From the NCBI GenBank assembly GCA_038222225.1, contig JBBRHV010000002.1, forward strand, positions 12,484 through 76,483: 64,000 nt of DNA, written 5' to 3'. The notes under the pieces are model-generated. The model worked only from the letters and a program-made list of their open reading frames with translations. It made no database searches and was not told where the DNA came from. A program made the translations under genes and the position numbers. Within the stretch, counting starts at the first letter, position 1; each line of letters begins with the position of its first letter. Positions 48,194-57,246 of this stretch are shown here, piece by piece. Source of the stretch: Candidatus Omnitrophota bacterium (GTDB lineage: Bacteria; Omnitrophota; Gorgyraeia; Zapsychrales; JANLHA01).

Positions 48194-48889
48194 TTAAGCC
48201 AGCTGAAGCACAGACAAATGCCGACCCGCCGTTTCTTTCTGCCGGCGATAGGAAAACAACTCCTTTGAACAGCACGTGCAGTCGTTTACATCAAAAATAT
48301 TCTGATCTAAAATTCCCTGTTCCAAAAGCTTTGCACGACAGGCTCCCTGCAGGTCTAGAAACCAGTTGCCGTCTCTCGGAGCCACATGATCCGGAAAGAT
48401 CTCACAAAACTCCTGTCCCACTTGATAACAACAACTCCGGATCGAAGGCCCTAGAACAGCCTTCACCTTCTCTGGTGAAGAATGACAAGCAGCTCTCATC
48501 GAAACAAAAGCACTGGCAATAATATCATCAGCCGTTCCCCGCCATCCGGCATGGACAAGCCCGATAGAACGGGTCTGTTCATCACATAAAAAAACAGGAA
48601 CGCAATCCGCGGTGCGGATCGTTAAAACCACCGCCGGATCTGACGTAATAACCGCATCGGCATCCACAATAAGCCCGTCCTCAATATAGGCCGCATCAAT
48701 ATCCAGAACCCTGCCTCCATGGACCTGATGAATATGGACAACCATCTGAGGGTCAACATTCAAAGAACGCAAATAATCGCTTTGAACCTCATTGAGACCA
48801 AACGACATGTCCGACCACTCGAAACTCACGGAAGTATCCGTAAAGAACGCCCGTACTCCCGAACCTAGGAAATGGCTTAAGTCCTGCAT
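48194..48889 (-). CDS. pgeF: PgeF/YfiH (laccase-domain purine nucleoside phosphorylase)
   Basis: QVHG, TADCVPV, HAGWRG, GPSI..CCY, CT, FSYRR. Confidence 0.92.
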   Translation of the reverse strand: MQDLSHFLGSGVRAFFTDTSVSFEWSDMSFGLNEVQSDYLRSLNVDPQMVVHIHQVHGGRVLDIDAAYIEDGLIVDADAVITSDPAVVLTIRTADCVPVFLCDEQTRSIGLVHAGWRGTADDIIASAFVSMRAACHSSPEKVKAVLGPSIRSCCYQVGQEFCEIFPDHVAPRDGNWFLDLQGACRAKLLEQGILDQNIFDVNDCTCCSKELFSYRRQKETAGRHLSVLQLA

Positions 48890-48898
48890 GATTTAATG

Positions 48899-48927
48899 AT
48901 TGTATCAAGAGACCATTTGAAAGTCTA
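48899..48927 (-). promoter_or_regulatory. Sigma70-type promoter for pgeF
   Basis: TAGACT-17nt-TACAAT with TG extension, 9 nt before the ATG. Confidence 0.55.
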
Positions 48928-48985
48928 GCTGGTATGGAAAAAACTCCGTTCAACAACCGCACAAAAATCCTGTGATCAACAACCC

Positions 48986-50182
48986 TTATTCTGTCTCACT
49001 GTCAACCACCGACTCATCCTCAGCCACAGCCTCATCCTCTAATAAAAGATCTGGCTCTTGAGCAGCGGGCAGCTCCTGAACTTTATTGAGTTTCCTCTCG
49101 ATCGTACGGCTCTTGCTGGACGCCTGCTCAATGGAATGACTGGCTTCCTGAAGTTTCTTATGTGTTTTATCCAGAATGCCGCCGAACTTTGAAAATTCCG
49201 TTTTAATCGCTCCTAAAAGCTGCCACACCTCACTGGCCCGTTTTTCAACAGCCAGCGTACGGAATCCCATCTGCAGACTATTTAATAGCGCTGCGATGGT
49301 CATTGGTCCGGCCACCACAATTCTGAACTCCCGCTGCAGCACCTCACATAATCCGGCACGGCTGATCACCTCAGCATAAAGACCTTCGGTCGGTAAAAAC
49401 ATCACCGCAAAATCCGTTGTGTACGGGGGATCAATATATTTTTCCTGGATCTTTTTAGCTTCCAACTTAATGCGCTGTTCTAAGGCCTTGACCGCCTCTT
49501 CAACCTGAGCCTTGTCCCCGAGGTCCTGCGCTTCCTGCAGGCGATGATAATCTTCCATCGGGAACTTAGCGTCTATCGGCAGCCTCTCGCCCTTAGGAAA
49601 GACAATGGCAAACTCCACCGGATCTTTACTGTCCTTCTTGGTCACAGCATTCTTTTCATACTGCTCCGGCGTGAGGATCTGTTCCAAAAGATTGCCCAAC
49701 TGAACTTCTCCCCATGTTCCGCGCGTCTTGACATTGGTTAACACCTTTTTAAGATCACCAACCCCTACCGCCAAATTGCGCATTTCCCCCAGATCCTGAT
49801 GAACCTTTGAAAGCTGATCATCGACCAATTTGAACGATTCGCCCAGCCGCTTTTCAAGCGTCGAATGAAGCTTCTCATCCACGGTTTCACGGATCTGCTC
49901 AAGTTTGGTATTGTTATCTTTCTGGAGAAACTCCAGCCTCTTTTCAACAGACTCCCTCACCGATTCAAATCCTTGCCGCAGAGAATCGCCGACCCCTTTT
50001 AACGTGTCGCGCAGTTCCTCCCTGTTCTTGGCAAGATCTTCTCGGACAATACGCTCCGTCCGTTCCTGATTTTTAGCGAGTTCATCAAAACGATGCCGCT
50101 GGTCAGCAGTCAACGTGCGCCATAGGACAAACAGCACCGCAATACTATTGAGACACAATAGCCCGATCATTAACGTGTCCAT
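48986..50182 (-). CDS. rmuC: DNA recombination protein RmuC
   Basis: N-terminal TM and coiled coil; KTRGTWGE, LPIDAKFP, DFAVMFLPTEGLY. Confidence 0.94.
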   Translation of the reverse strand: MDTLMIGLLCLNSIAVLFVLWRTLTADQRHRFDELAKNQERTERIVREDLAKNREELRDTLKGVGDSLRQGFESVRESVEKRLEFLQKDNNTKLEQIRETVDEKLHSTLEKRLGESFKLVDDQLSKVHQDLGEMRNLAVGVGDLKKVLTNVKTRGTWGEVQLGNLLEQILTPEQYEKNAVTKKDSKDPVEFAIVFPKGERLPIDAKFPMEDYHRLQEAQDLGDKAQVEEAVKALEQRIKLEAKKIQEKYIDPPYTTDFAVMFLPTEGLYAEVISRAGLCEVLQREFRIVVAGPMTIAALLNSLQMGFRTLAVEKRASEVWQLLGAIKTEFSKFGGILDKTHKKLQEASHSIEQASSKSRTIERKLNKVQELPAAQEPDLLLEDEAVAEDESVVDSETE

Positions 50183-50224
50183 AACCCAACCTTTGATGTA
50201 TGAATTTTTGAAAAATGCCGTTTG

Positions 50225-50253
50225 ATTGTAGCAAGAGAATAAAAAGAAGTCCA
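50225..50253 (-). promoter_or_regulatory. Sigma70-type promoter for rmuC
   Basis: TGGACT-17nt-TACAAT with TG extension. Confidence 0.5.
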
Positions 50254-50280
50254 GGAAACCCTGAACATATCATAACGCCA

Positions 50281-51441
50281 TCAACCTTTCACCACCGCCA
50301 ACGGCTTTAATTCAATCACCGGTTCAACCAGATCCTGTTGCTCATCCATGACAATATTGATATCTTTATACGCACTTGAGGCCTCATCCAGATCGCGCCT
50401 GCTGCGGATGGAATGCAGAATCCCCTGCGTTTCAAGCTTCTGTTGCTCAGCCGCCAGATCCAATACTTTACAGGCACGATGCCGGCTCATCCGGCGTCCA
50501 GCCCCATGGGAACAGGAACAAAAACTTTCCGGATTTCCTTTGCCCTTAACAATATAAGATGACGTTCCCTGAGAACCGGGAATAATACCGATCTCCCCTT
50601 GATACGCGGCAGTTGCCCCTTTGCGATGAACCCAAACCTTCTTGCCGAAGTGCTCTTCCAACGCGGCATAATTATGGTGAATGTTGATCATTTGCCCGAA
50701 CTCACATGAAAGCACATACAAAAATGCTTTCTGAATGTATTCGATCATCAGTTCCCGATTTCGAAAAGCAAATTCAAGGGCAAAATTCATGGCTTGAATA
50801 TATTCATCAAACTCCCGGCAATCATTGGGCAGAAAGGCCAACCCGCCTTCTCCATTATATTGAGGCAGCTTCGGAAATCTCTTGGCGTCGACTTTTTGAG
50901 CTTTTTGATTATATTCTTTGGCAATCTTATACCCAAAATTCCGACTTCCTGAATGCACCATGACCCAAATAAAACCGTCTGACCCTTTTTGAATTTCAAT
51001 GAAATGATTTCCGCCGCCTAAAGAACCAAGCTGACGGCGCGCAGACTCCAGTTCTCTCTCCACAACCGCGACCCGCGGAGCCCGGAAGAAACCATCCCAC
51101 TTCTGCGCTTTTTTGTGGTGATTAAATCCTAACGGAATGTAGGCGCGAATACCCGCTAAAACCTTTTTCAGATCTTCAATAGAAATTTCCCGCAATGACG
51201 TGCGCACCGCGCTCATACCGCAGCCAATATCGACACCGACAGCATTCGGGATAACGGTATCCACACAGGCCGCCACCCCGCCGATCGGCATTCCATATCC
51301 GGAATGCGCATCCGGCATCAGGCACACATGTTCGTACATAAACGGCAGCGCGGCCACATCCCGCGCTTGATTTAAAGCGTCCTCTTCCGGCGTATTGCAC
51401 CAGCTTTGAATGGGGACTCCATTGCTTTGAATTGTTTTCAT
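50281..51441 (-). CDS. rtcB: RtcB family 3'-phosphate/5'-OH RNA ligase
   Basis: MPDAH, VGVDIGCG, GGGNHF, HSGSR, HN, HRKGA, IPGS, SHGAGR, DE...AYK. Confidence 0.95.
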   Translation of the reverse strand: MKTIQSNGVPIQSWCNTPEEDALNQARDVAALPFMYEHVCLMPDAHSGYGMPIGGVAACVDTVIPNAVGVDIGCGMSAVRTSLREISIEDLKKVLAGIRAYIPLGFNHHKKAQKWDGFFRAPRVAVVERELESARRQLGSLGGGNHFIEIQKGSDGFIWVMVHSGSRNFGYKIAKEYNQKAQKVDAKRFPKLPQYNGEGGLAFLPNDCREFDEYIQAMNFALEFAFRNRELMIEYIQKAFLYVLSCEFGQMINIHHNYAALEEHFGKKVWVHRKGATAAYQGEIGIIPGSQGTSSYIVKGKGNPESFCSCSHGAGRRMSRHRACKVLDLAAEQQKLETQGILHSIRSRRDLDEASSAYKDINIVMDEQQDLVEPVIELKPLAVVKG

Positions 51442-51482
51442 CCTATCCCTTCTTTCACCGGTCTCTCAAAATCATCACAGGC

Positions 51483-52646
51483 CTAGACCCCGGCCCTGCC
51501 GATCGACTGTTCACCAAACCGGTCTTTAATATCATCCACCACCTGATGAATCGCCTCCTGGCGCTGACTTTTCTTGTCTGAAAACAGACTTTCCTGAACA
51601 TAGCCATCTTCAAAATTAGAAACACGCACCCCCACCAAACGGATCGATTCGCCTTTATTGTAATGTTTTAAAAATAAATTTCGAACTGTTTTGAAAAGCA
51701 CCTCCACATGATTCGTCCGCTCAGGAAGAGTCAAGGCGTGGGAGTGTGTATAAAACCCCTTTAACCGCACTTTCAGCGTTACGGTTCGTCCCTTCAGTTC
51801 ATAACTCCGCAGGCGGCGGGATACTTTTTCTGAAAGCTTCAAAAGCGTCTCTCTGACGCGCTGGTGATCCGCCGTATCTTCATCAAACGTTTCTTCATTC
51901 GAAACGGATTTCACTTCATCGCCGGCCTCCACGGGACGGTCATCAATCCCTTTAGCCAACTGATACAAATGCTCTCCGTGCAGACCGAATCGCTCCTTTA
52001 AAAAGGACAACTTCTGTTTCGCCAAATCCCCAATGGTCTTGATCCCAAAGGATTGCAGAGCTTCCTCCGTTTTGGGACCCACCCCCCACAATCGATGGAT
52101 GGCCAGCGGCCAGAGAAATTCTTGAATTCGATCCGGGTCAACGATTACCAGCCCATCAGGCTTTTGGAGATCAGAGGCGATCTTGGCCAACATCTTGTTA
52201 GGCGCGCTCCCCACCGAAACCGTCAGTCCAGTTTGATTTCGCACCGAATCCTTGAGTTTTTGAGCTGCCTCCTGCGGGCAGCCGAACAAATGGCAGGAAC
52301 CGGTCATATCCAAGAAAGCCTCATCAACGCTGACCGGCTCGGCCTGAGGGCTGAACTGCTCAAACACCATAAAAACTTGATCCGCCGCCACCTGATACCG
52401 CTCCATATCCGGATGAAGATAAATCCCGCTCGGGCAACGACGATATGCCTCTGAGATCGGCATAGCGGAACGCACCCCGAACTTGCGCGCCTCATACGAA
52501 CAGGTTGCCACCACCCCGCGCCCTTTCCCGCCTTTAGGGTCAGACCCGATAATGACCGGTTTTCCTTTTAATGAAGGATCATCGCGCTGTTCAACGCTCG
52601 CAAAAAACGCGTCCAAGTCAATATGAAAAATAATTCGCTGCTCCAT
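51483..52646 (-). CDS. dinB: DNA polymerase IV
   Basis: HIDLDAFFASVE, SYEARKFG, SVDEAFLD, KPDG, GVGPKT; clamp-binding motif QESLF. Confidence 0.96.
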   Translation of the reverse strand: MEQRIIFHIDLDAFFASVEQRDDPSLKGKPVIIGSDPKGGKGRGVVATCSYEARKFGVRSAMPISEAYRRCPSGIYLHPDMERYQVAADQVFMVFEQFSPQAEPVSVDEAFLDMTGSCHLFGCPQEAAQKLKDSVRNQTGLTVSVGSAPNKMLAKIASDLQKPDGLVIVDPDRIQEFLWPLAIHRLWGVGPKTEEALQSFGIKTIGDLAKQKLSFLKERFGLHGEHLYQLAKGIDDRPVEAGDEVKSVSNEETFDEDTADHQRVRETLLKLSEKVSRRLRSYELKGRTVTLKVRLKGFYTHSHALTLPERTNHVEVLFKTVRNLFLKHYNKGESIRLVGVRVSNFEDGYVQESLFSDKKSQRQEAIHQVVDDIKDRFGEQSIGRAGV

Positions 52647-52654
52647 CGACTGTT

Positions 52655-52683
52655 ATTGTATGAACAGACTCAATATCCGTCAA
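52655..52683 (-). promoter_or_regulatory. Sigma70 promoter for dinB(-rtcB), overlapped by an inverted repeat
   Basis: TTGACG-17nt-TACAAT; CTGTT-N8-AACAG at 52650..52667 spans the -10 box. Confidence 0.7.
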
Positions 52684-52802
52684 ATAGAACATCTCTTCCA
52701 ACGTCTTTTTAAAAAACGCGGCAAAAAAACTTTTCTGCGATGATCTTTTTCGTTTTCAGCATTCACCGTCGACAATTTTCCATTTTCTCGCAAATTTAAT
52801 CC

Positions 52803-52830
52803 TTGCATCCAATGTCGCTTTTGGTATAAT
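52803..52830 (+). promoter_or_regulatory. Sigma70 promoter (extended -10)
   Basis: TTGCAT-16nt-TATAAT with TG extension. Confidence 0.6.
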
Positions 52831-52874
52831 TATTTTCCTTTCTTGCGGTGGAATATCTACAAAGGAGACGTGAT

Positions 52875-53096
52875 ATGAAGAGCACAACACAATACAGTTT
52901 CTTAAATGATTCCTATGCCTATTTTGAAATCCGTAAACATAAATGGCTCTTAAGTGAAAACGCTCACCGTGAAATCGGCTTTGCGACTGCAGCTGTTGAT
53001 TGGATCACCCATTATGGTGATACGTGGAAGTTTTACCGCTTTAGCGCGCTCTTTAATCCTGAACACCATCAATTCAAGAGTTTAAGCTGCTCCTAA
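52875..53096 (+). CDS. Small conserved hypothetical protein (DUF4032-like HKWxxSE motif)
   Basis: AAAGGAG SD; EIRKHKWLLSE...REIGF..AA.DW pattern. Family assigned from memory. Confidence 0.7.
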   Translation: MKSTTQYSFLNDSYAYFEIRKHKWLLSENAHREIGFATAAVDWITHYGDTWKFYRFSALFNPEHHQFKSLSCS

Positions 53097-53097
53097 C

Positions 53098-53769
53098 CTA
53101 CGAAGTTGCCGCAGAGCCGGTTCGGCATTTTTTTTGAAGAGGGCATCCCGCGCAAACAGGTCGCGTGTGGCAATGTTCTTTGGCGAGACGGACGATCAGA
53201 GCGTGGTATTCATTATAAAGCGCGGCATCCGCCAAATACTCCATAAAAAAACGCTGGGCCTGGCCATAGTCCGCGTTATTCTCTATTAAACCGTAACGGC
53301 TGAAGATCCGTTTGGTATAGGCGTCCACCACAAAGACCGGCCGATTGAACGCATACAAAAGAATGGAATCCGCTGTCTCCGGTCCAACGCCGTTCACAGC
53401 CAAGACCCTCTCCCGCAACTCCTCCAACGGCATAACCCGAAAGGCCCGCCAGCTTGAACGCATATCCTCAACGAAAAATTTAGCGAAATTTTTCAGCCTG
53501 CGCGCCTTGATATTGAAATACCCCGCCGGACGGATATGCCCGGCAACGGTGTTTTCATCTGCTTTATAAAGTCTGCCGAAATTCAAAAGCCCGGCCGTTC
53601 GCAGATTATTCAGCGCCTTTTCGACATTCTGCCAATGAGTATTTTGTGTCAGAATCGCGCCGATGATCATCTCGGTCTTGGTACGGCCCGGCCACCACCC
53701 CTGGGGACCGAAACGGAAAAACAATAATTTATAAATGGAGTATACTTGTTTCGAACAAATATTGTTCAT
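53098..53769 (-). CDS. Endonuclease III-related HhH-GPD DNA glycosylase
   Basis: GWWP, GAILTQNT, PAGYFNIKARRL, GVGPETADSILLY, VDAYT; CxxxxxCxxCxxxxxC Fe-S motif. Confidence 0.92.
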   Translation of the reverse strand: MNNICSKQVYSIYKLLFFRFGPQGWWPGRTKTEMIIGAILTQNTHWQNVEKALNNLRTAGLLNFGRLYKADENTVAGHIRPAGYFNIKARRLKNFAKFFVEDMRSSWRAFRVMPLEELRERVLAVNGVGPETADSILLYAFNRPVFVVDAYTKRIFSRYGLIENNADYGQAQRFFMEYLADAALYNEYHALIVRLAKEHCHTRPVCAGCPLQKKCRTGSAATS

Positions 53770-53833
53770 AGGAAAAGCCCATGACCCGGCGTTTGTAAAA
53801 CGCATGAGCTGCCAGTCGTGAGTGCGGATTTCA

Positions 53834-53962
53834 TTATCTTCGCCGTGATTTGGACTTTAGAATCTCTTCATAACCCCAGTCCTTTTCCTTCTTCGGCTTC
53901 GCTTCACCTCCCACAGAAACCTCCCGTGGGTCCATCTTGTTTTTACGAGGTTTCTTACTCAC
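53834..53962 (-). CDS. Small basic protein (42 aa)
   Basis: GGAGG SD before GTG; MSKKPRKNKMDPREVSVGGEAKPKKEKDWGYEEILKSKSRRR; fills the gap between co-oriented genes. Confidence 0.5.
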   Translation of the reverse strand: MSKKPRKNKMDPREVSVGGEAKPKKEKDWGYEEILKSKSRRR

Positions 53963-53980
53963 CCAAGACCTCCCTCTGTG

Positions 53981-54472
53981 TTACTGCGTTAGCTCGGCCT
54001 TCTCCTGATCCCATTCCAAAAGATTCCCATCAAAATCAAAATACAAATAGATCTTATCTGTATTTTTAAATTCTGTGGCATGACGGTAGAGCCACTCTTC
54101 CACCGGCCGGCCGTTATGCTCGGCCACACGGGCGAAAACCGGCTTCCCGAAATCCATACGGATCTGAGCAGCATTTTTGTATTTTTTGAAACCCTCTTCG
54201 CTGATGCTGACGGCCAGGGCATCAAACTTCTGATTCTGTTTCTGAACCTCTTCTGAAATTTTAGTCTGTTCTTGCGAATACCTTTTCAATGTCAGCAATT
54301 GCGGTAAATGCTGGACCTTCTTCACAAACCCGCAACCAGCAAAAAAGACACATGACACAAGACATCCCACACAAACTAAACGTTTGTATAGGGACCAATC
54401 CTGGGAATCCTGACGAATTCCGCAGGGCAGGACACAAACAACAATATATTTTTTAAGAAAAGAAAATTTCAC
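53981..54472 (-). CDS. Putative lipoprotein with SmpA/OmlA(BamE)-like C-terminus
   Basis: GGGGGAG SD before GTG at 54472; lipobox FAGC; FGKP...WLY...LYFD..G pattern. Confidence 0.6.
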   Translation of the reverse strand: MKFSFLKKYIVVCVLPCGIRQDSQDWSLYKRLVCVGCLVSCVFFAGCGFVKKVQHLPQLLTLKRYSQEQTKISEEVQKQNQKFDALAVSISEEGFKKYKNAAQIRMDFGKPVFARVAEHNGRPVEEWLYRHATEFKNTDKIYLYFDFDGNLLEWDQEKAELTQ

Positions 54473-54552
54473 GACTCCCCCTTTGATCTTCAGCGATCCT
54501 ATCCTAACAAAAAGTTTTTCCTGGATCCACACAAAACTCTTCTGCCGTAACC

Positions 54553-56502
54553 CTACTTGCCCTTCTGAATCAAGTCATACTCTGCTTTTAATTCCTTGAT
54601 CTGCGTGGACAACTGACGCTGTTCCTTGGGAATCTCCTTCAGCCGATTTCCATACTCCCTCAAAAGCTCCGGGTCCTTCCCATAAGAATTCGAGATCATT
54701 CGGGCCTTAACATAACTTTCCGTGTCTGCCTCTTTGCTCTGCTTTTCCAGCTTGTTAATCTCGGTCTTGATCTGAGACATCCGCTTTAACGCCGCCTTGT
54801 GTTTTTCTCTGCCGATCCTAGCTTTCTGATTCTCCGGCTGAAGCTTGTTCTTTTTATTCTGTCCGGCCGCCGTCCCTCTCAAGGCCTGATAAGAGTCATC
54901 CGAATTTTCTGAATTCGGAATAAGACCGTGCTTCTTATCTAAATAATATTCCAATCCTCCCGGATAATTTCTGATTTGCCCCTCATTCACTTCAATAATA
55001 TGGTCTGCTACTTCCTTCACAAAAAAAAGATCGTGACTTATAAAACACAGCGTTCCTTCATAACTCCGAAAAGCTTTCGTCAGCGCTTCAACCCCGTGGA
55101 TGTCCAAATGTGTTGTCGGCTCATCCAAAAGAATAAAATTCGGCGGATTGATCAGAAGTTTCGCCAGGATCAGGCGGCTCTTCTCCCCACCGGAAAGAAC
55201 TTTGACCATCTTAAAAACATCATCCCCGTGAAAATTGAACAACCCCAAAAGCGAACGCATCTGGCCCGCCGGAATAGAGGTTGTTGTCGCCGAACCCAAT
55301 TCATCAAGAACCGTGCGGTTCGGGTTTAAGACATCCAGCCGCGTCTGAGAAAAATATCCGCGCTTCACATTATGCCCCAATTTCAGGATTCCCCGATCCG
55401 GCTCAAGGATTCCGGCCAACATTTTCAAAAGCGTCGATTTTCCGGCACCGTTGGGACCGACCAAACAGAGTTTCTGTCCCCGGATCAATTCAAGCTGCAG
55501 GCCATCATAAATTTTTTGTGTGCCGTAGGCCTTACAAACCCCCTCCATGCTGGCCACCACATACCCGCTCTGCCCGGTGACGGGAACTTCGAAATCCTTG
55601 ATACTTTGATAGTCCCGCGCCAACTCCGGCGCGTCCAAACGCTCAAGCATTTTCCGTTTATTACGTACGGCAGCGGCACGGTTCGGCTGCGCGTGAAACC
55701 GCTGCGCAAATTGTTCCAGCTGTTGACGCTTTTTCTCGATCACTTTGCGCTGGCGCTCAAGATGCTTTTGCCCGATATTTTTCTGAGCTTCATAGTCTTC
55801 ATAATTCCCCTTCACCTTCGACATCTGGCCGTTTTCAAGCAGGATCGTGTAATTGGTGACGTCATTCAAAAAAATCTTATCATGCGAGATCATCACAAAC
55901 GTGCCCTGGTAACCGGCTAAAAAATCTTTCAGCCATAAGGTCGCGCTTAAATCCAAATAATTTGTCGGCTCATCCAAAAGAAGCAGATCATAGGGATAGA
56001 CCAACAACTTCGCCAACAGCGTGCGCATCTGCCAACCACCGCTCATCTGCAGAACGGGCTTATGAAAATCCTTCTCGGAAAAACCCAAGCCCATCAGAAC
56101 TTTTTCCGCCTTATGTTCGATATCATAAATTCCCAAAACTTCCAATTCCTGCGCCACATCCCCGTAACGTGCGGTTGCCGCCAGCCCTTTCTCCTCCAAT
56201 TGCCGCTTTTCTCTAACAAGGGATTTGATCTTGTCGTCACCGGACGCGACCTCTTCCAAAACCGTCCGCTCAGATTTAAAACTCGCCTCCTGCGGCAAAT
56301 ACCCGACCCTCAAATTTTTCTGCCGCTGGACATCACCCTCCGTGGATTCCATTTCTCCGCGAAGGATCGAAAATAATGTGCTTTTACCCGAACCATTAGG
56401 GCCGGTCAAACCGATCTTTTCCCCGGGAAAAATGCTTAAAGACACATCCTTGAACAACACCCGGCCGGTAAAATTTTTTGACAAATTCGTGATCGTGATC
56501 AT
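54553..56502 (-). CDS. ABC-F family ATPase
   Basis: Two ABC domains (GPNGSGKS and GPNGAGKS, SGG, DEPT), interdomain linker, no TM segments, C-terminal coiled coil. Confidence 0.93.
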   Translation of the reverse strand: MITITNLSKNFTGRVLFKDVSLSIFPGEKIGLTGPNGSGKSTLFSILRGEMESTEGDVQRQKNLRVGYLPQEASFKSERTVLEEVASGDDKIKSLVREKRQLEEKGLAATARYGDVAQELEVLGIYDIEHKAEKVLMGLGFSEKDFHKPVLQMSGGWQMRTLLAKLLVYPYDLLLLDEPTNYLDLSATLWLKDFLAGYQGTFVMISHDKIFLNDVTNYTILLENGQMSKVKGNYEDYEAQKNIGQKHLERQRKVIEKKRQQLEQFAQRFHAQPNRAAAVRNKRKMLERLDAPELARDYQSIKDFEVPVTGQSGYVVASMEGVCKAYGTQKIYDGLQLELIRGQKLCLVGPNGAGKSTLLKMLAGILEPDRGILKLGHNVKRGYFSQTRLDVLNPNRTVLDELGSATTTSIPAGQMRSLLGLFNFHGDDVFKMVKVLSGGEKSRLILAKLLINPPNFILLDEPTTHLDIHGVEALTKAFRSYEGTLCFISHDLFFVKEVADHIIEVNEGQIRNYPGGLEYYLDKKHGLIPNSENSDDSYQALRGTAAGQNKKNKLQPENQKARIGREKHKAALKRMSQIKTEINKLEKQSKEADTESYVKARMISNSYGKDPELLREYGNRLKEIPKEQRQLSTQIKELKAEYDLIQKGK

Positions 56503-57242
56503 ATGTTTTTCGCCGCTATCTTTCCGCTCTCTTTTAACCGTCTCAGCTCATCTGCCGTGAGACGTCTCCATTTTCCCTTTAATAAGCTCCCCAGCTTCAA
56601 AGGCCCCTGCTGAATCCGTTTTAAATAGACAACCCCGTATCCCAACGCCTCACACATCCGGCGGATTTGACGTTTGCGTCCCTCATGGATCACCAATTCA
56701 AAGCAAGTTTTTCCGCCGCGGGCAACCCGCCGGCTCAATTCCGCCGGAGACGTTTTCTTGCCGTCCAACTCAATGCCGTTGCATAATGTCTTGACATCCT
56801 GCTGCGCAAGGAGTCCTTCGACCGTCACCTCATAACGCTTCCCGATATCAAATTTTGGATGCGTTAACTCATACAAAAGATCTCCGTCATTGGTCAGAAG
56901 CAGCAGCCCTTCCGTATCTTTATCCAAACGCCCGACCGGATTTAAATGCCGCAACTCCGGCGGCAGAAGATCGGTGACGATCTTTTTCGCGAACGGATCT
57001 GCCCGTGTTGTCACAAACCCTGCGGGCTTATGCAACATCACATACTCATAACATTTCGTCTGAACCCGCTCTCCGTTGACAAAGACCTGGTCCCGGTCTG
57101 ATCGGATCGGAAAGGACGGTTCCAAGACAGTCTTGCCATTAACCGCGACCACACCGGAAAGGATCAAATCCATGGCTTTTCTGCGGGAACATACACCCGA
57201 ATGAGATATAAAAACTTGCAGCCGCTCGGCCCCGTCCGTCAT
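56499..57242 (-). CDS. rRNA pseudouridine synthase, RsuA/RluB family
   Basis: S4 domain (GVCSRR), VGRLDKDTEGLLLLTNDG, EGRKRQIRRM. Confidence 0.93.
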   Translation of the reverse strand: MTDGAERLQVFISHSGVCSRRKAMDLILSGVVAVNGKTVLEPSFPIRSDRDQVFVNGERVQTKCYEYVMLHKPAGFVTTRADPFAKKIVTDLLPPELRHLNPVGRLDKDTEGLLLLTNDGDLLYELTHPKFDIGKRYEVTVEGLLAQQDVKTLCNGIELDGKKTSPAELSRRVARGGKTCFELVIHEGRKRQIRRMCEALGYGVVYLKRIQQGPLKLGSLLKGKWRRLTADELRRLKESGKIAAKNI

Positions 57243-57246
57243 CAGG

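Noticed and set aside
48950-48984. TCAACAACC direct repeat between rmuC and pgeF (also near 8648)
   Set aside because: A 9-mer with only two local copies; the third copy overlaps the mtnA ribosome-binding site. Too weak to call.
53746-53768. TGTT-TCG-AACA and GAAC-N7-GTTC palindromes at the glycosylase start
   Set aside because: They lie within probable coding sequence, and the spacing matches neither known LexA boxes nor the dinB site.
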